Shown here in pieces: positions 11,027 to 22,707 of a stretch of 32,505 nucleotides of DNA (positions are counted from its first letter, which is position 1; the number at the start of each line of letters is the position of its first letter). Below the pieces are notes generated by a model. The model was not told the DNA's origin. It saw only the letters and a program-made list of their open reading frames with translations, and did no database searches. The stretch is from Xylographa opegraphella. Lineage: Eukaryota. Location of the stretch: contig JALDZX010000035.1 in assembly GCA_022813865.1 (NCBI GenBank), positions 186,001 to 218,505 of the forward strand, read 5' to 3'. Both the position numbers and the translations under genes were made by a program.

Positions 11027-12115
11027 GCCCGCAACGAATGGCAGTACTAAAGTGTGGGAATTGTTCACCTAGAACTTATAGAGCTAAGGTAGAGTCATTG
11101 TTCAGTGCCTTTTTGGTAAGAACCTATCGAGGTACCTTATGTCCTCGTAAACCCCCGAGAATGAATGCTTCGGGATCGGTTGTCGAGCACGCTAAGCTCA
11201 AAATGCGGTGAAAGTGCAGCAGTAAAAAGTAACCAATCATATTCTGCGAGTGACATTCTTGCGACATTCTATAATGGTATCTAGCTTTCGCACATCTCAA
11301 TTCCCCACAATTATCGAATATGAGGTCTCATTATTGGTCATTGGCAATGGTCACAATTACAAATTACTATTAAAACCCGCCATCTAGCCCTCCACAGGGC
11401 CCAATGTTCAATGGACTGTAGATATTTCATCATCTCACTAGCCCGCAATGGAACCACTATTGATGTAATATATTTCTATAAAACCCTTGAGTCTGAGCCT
11501 TAGGAAGCTACGGGATTCTTACACATAATACATAAGTCTATCAGAATTGTTGCGTTATTGTTTGGGTTCGCCATGGACGCATCGGCTTCATTCGTCTGAG
11601 GTAGAAGAACGATAAGCCCTGAATTCGAATTTAAAGGAACTGGATGCACCGTACCTTTTCATGAAGAACAATTCACCCTTGGTTTCCCTACAACTAGATG
11701 ACTCTACATCACGTTTGATTGACTCAAAGATTAGCTTATTTAATATGGGTAATTAGAAATGGATTGGCGAGGGTTGACCACGGGGAATTCATAAGTTCAG
11801 GTTTAAAAAAATATTTTGATGTTTCGCGCCCCGGTATAGATTTTCAGTTTCCGAAAGGTTGTGATCGTTCAGTTCCTGTTTTTAAACAGAGTATATACCT
11901 GTTTTACCCTTTCATATAATGTGCAATAAATACCAAAACATCGAATTGAAAGCCATATGATTTGTTGCAGTGGTATCAATTCAATGAATGGGGTTTCCCG
12001 TATCAAAAAAATCTGCACCAACCTTAACAGAACCAGTGGTCCTCGCAATCCCTCCACTGTGCCAGGTGTCTCCTGTGTTCCCACCGGAGGTACCTGCATG
12101 GGACCAATTAAGGTT

Positions 12116-12163
12116 CTTTAGATTATCGGACAACAAGAAGTGTTACCACTGCGCCATACAGGA
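12116..12163 (-). pseudogene. tRNA-like 5' half with Pol III A box
   Basis: The minus strand reads TCCTGTA TGGCGCAGTGGTAACAC TTCTTGTTGTCCGATAATCTAAAG. TGGCGCAGTGG (12146-12156) fits the A box at the tRNA position after a 7-nt acceptor strand. Confidence 0.4.
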
Positions 12164-12662
12164 TTTTAGATGAGTAACAACTTCCTTAAGCATTATATCG
12201 TCCAGCGCTAGTAAGCGAGCGCGTCTATCGTTTCACTTAAGACTAGCGCGCTACCCGCTCAATAATGGAGGTCTACAAGCCTCAAAGCCTCATTATTGTC
12301 GCGCTTTGTTTTATTATAGCACAGCTCTCGTCTTCTATCACTCAGCAAGACTTTCACGTCAGTACACAGACGAGGCAAGCATCGTAGTGGTCCGTGATTA
12401 ATTGTGGTACAAGATGAGTTACCCTTGATAAATAGTTACCAGGATTAAAGTGCTTTTCACACCTTCCACATTGCAACAGATTATTAGATATCACCAAAAT
12501 ATATCGAATATGTTCTTAGTTGAGTTACTGGTCAAACCCTATTGACTGCACGTTTACAATCCTGCCGATCGTAATTCTACGCAGTCCTCCATCGTGAGCT
12601 AGCAGTAGAAGCGGCCCGCTTATGGTCGCCATAAGCGCCTCTGATCCGCGGCTAAAAAGAAA

Positions 12663-12714
12663 TACCCGCAGGACTCGAACCATGTGCCATAAAATTAGAT
12701 TATCAGACACAAAG
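12663..12714 (-). pseudogene. tRNA-like 3' half with Pol III B box
   Basis: The minus strand reads ...GTCTGATAATCTAATTTTATGGCACATGGTTCGAGTCCTGCGGGTA. GGTTCGAGTCC (12671-12681) is a perfect GGTTCGANTCC B box, followed by TTTCTTTTT. The T-stem is incomplete. Confidence 0.4.
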
Positions 12715-12918
12715 CTTCATTTCTTTGTTGTCCGATAATCTAAAGTGAAATACATGTCTCTTGTTATATTATATATCTTTTTAGGCACGTGAAAATCGCA
12801 TTGAGCCACTGTTCTGACTCTGGGGCTGCGTGCACATATCAACGACATTACGACATCAGTGGTACGCGGGACAACATATCTACGTATTAAGCACGTCTAT
12901 CTAGTGTCAGTAGTCGTC

Positions 12919-15589
12919 TCATCTGCTCAGCTCTATTCTTCGTTCGAGAACGCTCCTAGCCTCTGCTTCTGTCAAGACATCGAAGCCCAACACCTCCAAT
13001 ACCTCTCGCGCACTTTCATTGTCCCTAAAGACCCTCTTCTCTACTTCCCAAATTCCTATGCTCTCCTTAGTGCCCTCCGCCCCTCCATCGATAGGTCCTT
13101 CTGGCGCTTTCACAGGCATGCTCATCAACTCCACAGCCTCGCGCAATCTCCTCATGCCAGTCTCTCCCTGCCCATGCGCTACATAGCGATCAAAGACTTC
13201 CCAGAAAGCATATAAGTCACGAGTGAATTGGGCAATTCCAGATGCAGAGAATTTGTGCAACATGAGGATCCTGTCCCACAAGAACGTCTGGATAGCTTGT
13301 ATCAGATGCCGGCTTATGCGCCGCAATGGCGCTTCGGCGAGAACCTTAGATAGGAAGACCAGGTAAGAAGACAGCAGCTGCATACAGCCATCGAGTTCCG
13401 CCGTAATGTTCAGTGAGGAAGGAGAAATAATGTCGGCCGTCAAAGATGACCATGGATTGATTCTTTGGTAAGGACGCAAACTTCGATCGACGTTGTGTAC
13501 AAGCAGGTCCTGGATCAAGCTCTCACTTCTTATACGTAGTCTTCTATATGCACTCGCTGTCTCATCGAATAATGCGCCCGTTTCGTCGTCATGGGAGCCC
13601 ACAACACTTGAGGTTCTCTCAGCAACATCTCGAATGCTTAGATCACCGGCAAATTTCTTGCCTGAACGGGATCTGGCTCGAAACTGTAGTTCATCCCAAA
13701 GTTCTAGAAAGAAGACATCGTCACTCCAGTCCCGCATTTTCTTTTCCAAATACTCTGCACTACCGTACACACGGCAGAGTCGATCGAGTCCACCGAGGCC
13801 TTCCAGCTGCGCTTGTTCCTCTTTCGATATTCCCTGCACAGCACGAGCAACAGATGAGTTAAGCGTCAGATATGCTTCAAGCGAAGAAGCGAGACGATCA
13901 TGGAATTTGTCAAATATCGCAATCTGGATGTCTATCAAGAATTTGAGCTTTTGGGAGAAAGAGGTCAGAGGCCGGTAACGATCTGTTGAATCATGTCAGC
14001 CACAGTTACAGACAATTTTGCCATCGTTCGGATACCAGTAATAGTCTCTAGTAAATCATTCACTCTGATTGCTGCCTTCGTCGGTTTAGTCGTGCCAGGG
14101 TCGACACTGTCATAGTCTATTTCCCTACTTTCCAAGGAGTCAATGATATTTTCATATCTCGAAAGTGCAACTGTATGATTGTTAGTCTCGCGTGTGGTTG
14201 TCCAATTAACAAGCTAAAACAACTCACAATCCTTTTCAACCTTCAACCACTTGCCAAACCAATCCTTTTTCACAAGCACCTCCCACGTCAAACCCTTCCA
14301 GCCATCGATTCCAAAACCTCCATCATATCCCCAGTCCTCCCTTATGCTTGCATCGAAGCTCATGAGTTCATGCATTAGATGACTCAACAATTGAGGTTGT
14401 TTGGCTATCTGTGGTAGTAGTGAGAAGACTTTATTCCGAAGCATTGGTAATAAGGCTGTGATGAAAGCAGAGTTTGAATTAATATAGCATGTATTCAAAG
14501 CTAGGTTCGAGCCGCGAAAATAACGACTTAGAACCGGCTGCAAGTATATTGCAAAGAACTCATCGTATGTATTTATCAATCCATTGACATGCGACAAGAA
14601 GAATTCGGGCTTATCGAGGCGATTTGTAGCTCTGTCGCCATTGAAATGGTATTGGAACCTCATTTCGAGTGGTTTCATCATGACTTCCAGAGGAAGTAGT
14701 ACGAGGGCTTCTCGTTTTGCGCCTGAGGTGTCATTGTCTTCCTCTCGGTCCTTCAGCTCCGGTTCCTGCAGCTCCAGTAGTCTTTCCACGCCCAATGTCC
14801 ATTGCTCAAGGCTTTCACTGTCGAATGGGACATCCTTACTGGGCCATTTGATCTTGGCGAGCGTCTCTTCGAACTCCAAGGCAAAGGTATCCTTCATCTG
14901 CTTCCATACTAACTGCATAGTCTTTTCAACATGATCAATTAAGTGTGGAGCAGCATCCTCGGCGGCTGGTTGCGCACGTTTTAATGCCACCGCCAAAACC
15001 TGTAGTTGGAGATACGGTTGCAGTGCCGCTTGCGGTGAGACTTGAAAGTTGCGGCGAGCTTCCCGACTATGTTTGGTAGGTTCAGAGCAATGTTCCACGC
15101 TGGAGCTAATTGGGCACGATACCTCAATTGTTCTACCTTTGCAAGTAAGCTCACGTAGCCTTTTGCAACGTCCAGCTTGCGCAATTTCTCCATGCTAGCG
15201 TCAAATTTCTGAACCGCATCGTCACTGGTCTCTGACTGAGTCACTATAAGAAGACGTCTGTTGATAGCAGCCTGTTGGCGGTTGAAATGGTCGATCTTTT
15301 TCTGAAGGTTGGTGGAATACGCCTTCGAGTCTTGGTTAGTGTCGTGAAGTGTGGTCTCTGCATCGCGCAGCTGAGCCTCGGTCAGTTGTGATAGATAAAC
15401 AGAGGATGTAATTTATATAAGTACTTGATTTCTCAATAAGACCTGCTGCTCCTTCAGCGTCTGAAGAAGTGAGTCTAGATTCTCAAGATCGGCATATGTC
15501 TGAAGCTTGTCATTCAAGTAGTCTTCAACCCTGACGTCAAGCTCCTCCTTTGTTATCTGACTTGAGGCCCGACGAAGAACTGCAGTCAT
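12919..15589 (-). CDS. TIP20: RINT-1/Tip20 family Dsl1-complex subunit, 816 aa; exons 15589-15425, 15370-15123, 15066-14228, 14170-14036, 13982-12919
   Basis: RINT1_TIP1-type blocks: RVEDYLNDKLQT, PLEMRFQYHFNGDRATNRLDKPEFF, LSHLMHELMSFD, DRYRPL and WSDDVFFLELW. Four GT-AG introns; 2451 nt in frame. Confidence 0.93.
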
Positions 15590-15791
15590 CGCGTTGATCT
15601 TGACCCAAGTTCTCTGCTCACTGGAATCTTGCAGATAAGATCTTCAGGCACAAAGGAGCTTGGACCAGTGCCAAGCTTTCGAAATCCTGGTCGAGCGAGG
15701 AGCTTCTACTCCACAACTGTGACCTCCGAGCGCTGATGGACAGCACGGCGCTGGTTGTGAAACCGATTTTATTGCCTGATGCTAGATAGGA

Positions 15792-18497
15792 ATGTCAAGC
15801 CCGGCCAAACGCCGGAAGAAGAATGACTTCCGACCGTCTTCACAACCAGTCCGCAGCTTGGACTTCTTCTTTAATAAACAGAAGCAAGAGGCTGGATTAG
15901 CTCCGCAGGAGGAAACAGCTCTCGCCTCTGGTGTGTTGAAGGATTCTACAGAGCCTATCCGTTCCAATATATCCTTTAATGATGATGCTGCTGCTGATGA
16001 GCGACTTGCGCGCCAACTACAAGAGGAGTGGAATAGAGAAGGCGGGACGAGCGCAGAGGTCGTCAGCAGGACGGAGGGAGCAGTGGTGAACACCCAGGAG
16101 AATAAGGAGACCTACGAAGCGCCGACAGCTACTTTAGGTTCAAAAAATCCATCGTTGGCACATAGCTTACAGAAGCCACCTTCCATAACACCTGAAACGG
16201 TGAAACCTCCAACTTTGTCCTTACAATCTGCTATTGCGACAGAAGATACAATCATAGCAACCATACCTTTCGACCAAAGCCCCTTGAGTTTTCACCCTTC
16301 CAGTTATCTTCCAGACCTGCAAAGGCTTTGGGCAAGAGAAGGGGGCGATGTCTCATACAGCCTCTTGACGAGATGCTTCATACTGGTCAATGGTACCCAA
16401 AGCCGGATCAAGATTGTGGATACTCTGGTCAATCTGCTTCGGACTATTATCGAAGGCGATTCTGAAAGTCTTCTTCCAGCTGTACGTACCATCATGAGAC
16501 TATTGCTGTTGCAGACTAACATTTTTTAGGTCTGGCTAGCGACAAACTCAATATCACCTCCATACGTTTCGCTCGAGTTGGGACTTGGCGGATCTGCGAT
16601 TTCCAAAGCACTGAAGAAAGTGTGTGGTCTAGATAATGCAGGTCTGAAGTCTCTTTATGACAAACATGGGGACGCAGGAGATGTGGCATTTGAAGCAAAG
16701 AAACGCCAAAGCTTTACTCTTCGAAAGCCGAAACCACTTACGGTTAAAGGCGTCTACCAGAGTCTTGTCAAGATCGCCAACAGTAAAGGCAATGGAAGTC
16801 AGGAGTTTAAGCAGCGTATAGTGGAGCGACTCCTTCAGGATGCCCAAGGTCCAGAAGAAAGTAGATACATTGTTCGCACATTAGCACAACATCTACGTAT
16901 CGGTGCTGTTAAGACGACTATGCTGATAGCTCTTTCGCGAGCATTTCTCATGTCTCGACCAAAGGCTGCGACCTTTCCAACTCATGATCTGTCTGCCATG
17001 TCAAAGCTGAAGAAAGATGCTCTAGCAGAGATATATGCTAGAGGAGAAGAGACAGTAAAGGCATGTTTTGCGCGTCGGCCCAACTATAATGACCTTATAC
17101 CCTGTTTGCTGGAAGTGGGTACTTGCGACGAATTGCTTGTGCGTTGTGGTCTGGGTCTTCATGTCCCGCTCCGGCCTATGTTGGGCAGTATAACCCGAGA
17201 TTTAGGAGAGATGCTCACAAAGCTACAAGGCCGTGACTTCAGTTGCGAGTACAAATATGATGGGCAACGAGCTCAAGTGCACTGCGACGCAGGGGGAAAA
17301 GTGTCAATATTCTCTCGACATTTGGAAGTGATGACGGACAAGTACCCAGACCTAGTTGCTCTGGTTCCTCAAATACGGGGAGAAGGCGTCAGCAGCTTCA
17401 TACTTGAGGGAGAAGTTGTTGCTGTTGATCGTGCCTCTGGTGATTTGAGGGCGTTTCAAACACTGACGAACAGAGCCAGAAAAGATGTGGATATTGGCAC
17501 TATCAAGGTCGAGGTCTGCCTTTTCTCATTCGACTTGATGTACCTAAATGGCGAAGCGCTTCTGGATCGACCGTTCCGAGAGAGAAGGGAGCTCTTACGG
17601 AGTCTGTTCGTGGAAGTCCCTAACCAGTTTACATGGGTCAAGAGTATTGATGCCACCTCGGCAGATTCCGAGACTGTTCTAGAATTCTTCAAGAGTGCTA
17701 CAGATATCAAATGTGAAGGTATAATGGTCAAAGTACTAGACAATGTCATGAACCCAGCGTTGCAAAATGATTTAGAGGAGGAGCCGGAGCCAGAACTTCA
17801 AGTCTTACCTCCACCGCCAACCGCTTCCAAGGGCAAGATGAGAGGTAAAGGCAAAGGCTCAGCCGTGGACAAGGCGGAAGAGAAAGAAAAGGGAACACGA
17901 CGCAAGGCACTTTTGGCAACCTATGAGCCAGACAAGAGGCTCGACTCGTGGCTTAAAGTGAAGAAGGACTACAATACAGCGGCGGATACGTTAGATCTGA
18001 TCCCAATCGCAGCCTGGCACGGATCCGGTCGGAAGGCGAAATGGTGGTCACCGATTCTACTTGCGGTGCGGAACCCCGAGACGGGAAGCTTGGAGGCAGT
18101 CACGAAATGCATCAGTGGCTTTACCGACAAATTCTACCAAGCCAACAAGGAAAAGTACGCCGAAGGTAGCGTTAACATCATTTCGAAGCCGGGCTACATC
18201 GAATACCCCGGGTACCCCGATGTGTGGTTCGAGCCTCAGGAGGTATGGGAGATGGCATTCGCAGACATCACTCTTAGCCCAACGTACCTCGCAGCTCTCG
18301 GACTGGTCAGCGAAGAGCGAGGACTCAGCATGCGCTTCCCTCGTTTCCTGAAGGTGAGAGAGGACAAGAGCATCGATGAGGCATCTACCTCGGACTTCCT
18401 CGCCAGTCTTTGGAGAACGCAGGAGGCCAGAGTGAAGAGCGCAGGAGGTGATGCGAGCAAGACCGATGCGATGGATGAAGACGACATGGACGCATGA
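15792..18497 (+). CDS. adl1: ATP-dependent DNA ligase, ligase I-family paralog (Adl1/fungal 'DNA ligase 3' type), 885 aa; exons 15792-16481, 16530-18497
   Basis: Adenylation motif CEYKYDGQRAQVH, ILEGEVVA, FDLMYLNG, EGIMVK, WLKVKKDY and OB-fold RFPRF. No BRCT repeats. A GTACGT..TAG intron restores LLPA|VWLATN. The paralog assignment rests on recalled family features. Confidence 0.9.
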
Positions 18498-19293
18498 AGC
18501 GAGCAGCGATGACTACTGCAGTTTCCATAGTACCTGTTCTCCACTCGTCGTTTGAACGGAATGAGACGTGGATGTAGATAGCCTCCCTCCCTCTCTGTAG
18601 CTGGCTCAGACGTTTTGAATGACGGGCGATCATCCGCTCCGTGTGGCCAAGCCAAGGGCAATGCATATAGTGCGGGGGAAGCACAACAGGCTCTCCTACG
18701 CCTGGCCCATGTCAGCCTAGCTCGAAAGCCATGGTTGACTCTCAGCACATGCGGAACGAGGAAAGCTGCATGCCTTTTGAGTCGACGGGATAAAACCTCG
18801 AGCCCTTCAAGACCTGTCAGCTTCTTGCGACCCGGCACCGCCTAGCTCTAGTCTTCCCAAGCATTCGGTGCGTCTGTTATAGCCGGTCGTAACACGTTAT
18901 CTCCTCGCCCCGGCGCCGCTGTTTATCGTCCTTCTGCGCCGACAATCAAACACCGCTCAGCATTCGTATCACCCGCTCTGCCTGTCGAAGCCCCGACGTG
19001 TTTGGTTCGAGGCAGAGGTCTCTCTGAGTTGGCAGCTTCACACTCTCCGGCGTTGACGCAGCTCACCCGACAGTAACTACGCAAAGCGCAAGCCGAGCTT
19101 TGTGGCCCACTGTCCTGCAACGGGCGTATGGAGACAGGTCCAGTCCTCTGGGTCTTATGTTCATAACAGTTACTACTAGCTGGAGGATTGTGCTACAGAC
19201 GCGCCGGTGGCGTTACCAGACAGTTCATCCGTACGAAGCGTCCTGACTACATGCGGCGGAGAAGGTCTTCTCGATCTACTACCTTACCGAGTG

Positions 19294-22200
19294 ATGGATC
19301 AGGCAAATGTGGACAATATGAATGGATACTATGGCAGCCAATACTCTGCAGATGATATGCAGCGGCTGGCGCAGGTCAACAATCAGCATGCGATGATGGG
19401 AATGATGCGATCGGGTGGTATGGTGGAGCCCGGATACACTGGCGTGCAGACATTGGACGAGATCATCACTCAGAACAACAAGGAGATTCAGTTGAGGCGG
19501 AATAGCCAGCAATACCATTATGGAATCCCGAGATTATCCCAAGAGAATGACCCGAGAAGGTCATCTATGCTCGAGTTTGGTCCGGGGATGAGCAACGACC
19601 TTGATGGCTTTCAATTTGATCCTTCACCGGTCCAAACCAGCCCTACGAGTCATCCCAACGGGTTAGGGATCGCGCAACGGAGGATGGAAAGCCGAAGAGC
19701 ACAGAGGCAGGAGTCGTCGCAGAGTCTCGGCTTGAACACTCAGTTCCAAGACCTCGGTTCAGGCTTTGGTCCGTTGACTCAGTCACCAGTGTATCACCAA
19801 GGAATCAACCCAGGAGGATCTATGAGCATGGACCTGGCTAGCTCATACGTACCCCATAATCTATCAATCGGAATGGATTATGTCAGCGGACTGGACCAAG
19901 GACCTACTGGGGACGTATCCTCCCTGAATATGTTCTCGTCGGGAAACTTTGCTTCGAACTTGGCAACTTCTCCAATTCATCAACATTTGTCCAACACTTA
20001 CCGTGGTCCATCCCAAGATCCGGGTGGCGGGAGACTAGCCAACTGTGCGGAGCAAGATATGATGGACAAAATGCCCAACATGCACATGTCAGATGCTGTA
20101 CAGAGTCTCCATGGCAATCCGACTCACAATAATCCTATTCCAATGACCCTCGAAACCCCAGCCATGGGAAAAGACCCACAGGCCTTTACCCAGTCCCCGG
20201 ATCTGTCAGCAGCAAATGATCGCAATACATCGGCTTTGAAGAACTATAACAGCTTTGCCACTGCCGAGGCTTTACCCAGTGCCAACCTACCAACGAACGT
20301 TCCGCAATATCGTAATGCTTACTCTTCAAGCGGCTTCGACATGCTTGGTGTCCTGATGCGGGTCGCTGCACGTCCAAAACCGCAAATCAATATCGGTGCA
20401 GTTGATATGTCCTGTGCCTTCGTTGTCTGTGATATTACTCAGCATGATCTACCAATCGTTTATTGTTCTGACATTTTCGAGCGTCTGACGGGCTATACAA
20501 AGCACGAAATATTAGGGAGAAATTGTAGATTCTTACAAGCACCCGATGGTAAAGTAGCGTCCGGCGTGAAGCGGAAATACGTGGATGATCAGGCTGTTCT
20601 TCATCTTAAGAATATGATCAATCAGCGACAGGAAGCGCAGATAAGCTTGATCAATTATCGGAAGGGAGGGCAGCCATTCATGAACCTCCTAACGATGATC
20701 CCTATCACATACGAGGGTGACGAGATGAGATATTATGTTGGATTTCAAGTCGATCTCGTGGAGCAACCTACCTCCATCACCAATAAAAATCCTGGTAATG
20801 TTATTGTATGTCGCAAGACACAAACTGCAGTTTACTAATGGGCTGCAGACGGCTCCTATGCCATCAACTACCAGCGCGGCCTCCTGCCAAGATATGTCTT
20901 CAATACACCCGAGAACATCAACCATAAGGATAGCGAGTTGGGTCAGACCATCGGTCGCGACGAGGTCTCTACAGTCCTGAGCACAATTGGAACGGGAGAA
21001 TCGGAGCTCTCAAAACGCATATGGGATAAGGTTCTGCTTGAAAACACTGACGATGTAGTTCACGTTCTCTCCTTAAAAGGTCTTTTCTTATATCTGTCTC
21101 CATCGAGCCGGAAAATCCTCGAATATGAGCCACACGAATTGGTTGGGACTGCTTTATCATCTGTGTGTCATCCGAGCGACATTGTCCCCGTTACGCGCGA
21201 ACTCAAGGATACCTCGACTGGAGCTGCTGTGAACGTAGTCTTCAGGATTCGACGCAAACACAGTGGTTACACTTGGTTTGAAAGTCATGGATCATTGCAT
21301 ACTGAACAAGGCAAGGGTAAGAAATGTATCATATTGGTTGGCCGAGAACGACCAGTGTATGCTCTGGCGCGCAGCGATATTGCATCCGCCGGCGGCATAG
21401 GAGAAAATGAGCTATGGACCAAGATGTCAACTTCGGGAATGTTTCTGTTCGTGTCTTCAAATGTCAAGAGCTTACTCGATCGTCAACCGGAAGAGCTTGT
21501 GGGGACAAGCGCTCAGTCACTGATGCGAGCAGAATCGAGGCTCGAATTTGGCAGGATGCTTGAGCTTGCTCGAACTGGAATCCGGGCGACCTTCAAGCAT
21601 GACGTTCAAAACAAACGGGGCCAGACCCTCCATGCGCAAACGACAATCTATCCAGGTGATGCTATTGAAGGACAGAAGCCGACTTTCCTCGTTGCGCAAA
21701 CCAGACTTGTCAAGATGTCGCGGACCTCGACTACGCCTAATCGACAGACCCAAGTACAGCAAAATAAGCCAGATGCAGCATCGGTTGGTTCCGAAACACC
21801 CTCGACAAACGCCTCCGGCCGTTCGCAAGCCAGTAAAGTGATGACTACGCCACAAACTTCGCCATCAAATGCTTACAGCGGAGGGATTGTGACTCAACCA
21901 GGGTGCAGTGGCCTCGCGATTGGGAACCAAGACGAAGCGTTGGCATCCATGGACAATGTTTTTGACGAACTGAAGACGACCCGAAGCACCAGCTGGCAGT
22001 TCGAGTTGCGTCAAATGGAGAAGAGGAACCGGCTGCTGGCCGAGGAGCTGCAAAGTCTGCTCTCCAACAAGAAGAAGAGGAAGCGGAGAAAAGGCGCGGG
22101 TCAGTTGCAGAAGGATTGCGCGAATTGTCACACCCGATCCACGCCGGAGTGGAGGCGGGGACCCAGTGGCAATCGCGACCTTTGCAACAGCTGCGGCCTT

Positions 22201-22707
22201 CGATGGGCAAAGCAGGTGAGTAGCGGCCAAGCCGGATCGACGCCTCCCACCACTTCTGCCTCCAAGTCTTCTTGAGTCCACATGATGCACTGCCAATGGT
22301 TCTTTGCTCTCCACCACCACCATTGTTAGTCTGGCTTCGCATTGCAATCTCGATTTTCGTGTTCACCGCAAGAAGCAATTCTCTCGTCTTGCGGTTTTTC
22401 TTGACAGCGGAACCAGCTCAGCACCACTGACATCCGAGCTTGACAGAACGGGCGAATCTCCCCTCGCACTTCATCTCAGCAGAGCGAAAAGCACTCGACA
22501 TCGCCCAGCCCTTCGTCTCCGATCTCGGCGAAAGAGTCGACGGCGGTAGTGCCGTCGAATAAGCGGTCGCCACAGGGTCAGAACACCGACTCCCACAATG
22601 CGAAGACGGCGCGAATGGAAGCATCGGCTGGTCGGGGTTGCGGAGGGGGGATCCCTGACAGCATCGAGGAAAAAGAGGAACCTAATGAAGACATGTTGCT
22701 CACGTAG
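19294..22707 (+). CDS. wc-1: White Collar-1 blue-light photoreceptor / GATA transcription factor, ~1042 aa; exons 19294-20794, 20849-22215, 22447-22707
   Basis: The A'alpha cap [29 protein letters not shown] precedes the LOV motif GRNCRFLQ (20515-20538). Two more PAS domains, a KKKRKRRK basic region and the GATA finger CANC-x18-CNSC follow. The start may be 19294 or 19318. Confidence 0.96.

Larger units (their letters stand above)
12116..12745. mobile_element. 630-bp element bounded by a perfect 21-bp inverted repeat (MITE-like or SINE/tRNA-derived relic)
   Basis: CTTTAGATTATCGGACAACAA (12116-12136) is the exact reverse complement of 12725-12745, and a third degenerate copy lies at 12695-12714. 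The element has internal hairpins and Pol III A- and B-box matches. No transposase and no clear TSD. Confidence 0.45.

Noticed and set aside
11957..12121. 54-aa Cys-containing ORF MICCSGINSMNG...
   Set aside because: No signal peptide or known motif, and its stop lies inside the inverted repeat. Likely chance.
12320..12380. Hammerhead or RNase P/MRP CR-I-like words (CTGA..GA, GAAAGTC) on the minus strand
   Set aside because: Order and spacing do not give a hammerhead core, and no convincing P4 partner lies at a plausible distance.
11027..12918. Telomerase RNA in the ~1.9 kb gap
   Set aside because: The size fits and ATAAGT occurs, but I found no TTAGGG-type template on either strand.
19207..19293. 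GTG-initiated N-terminal extension of wc-1 in the ORF track
   Set aside because: A bacterial-style start call; the first in-frame ATG is at 19294.
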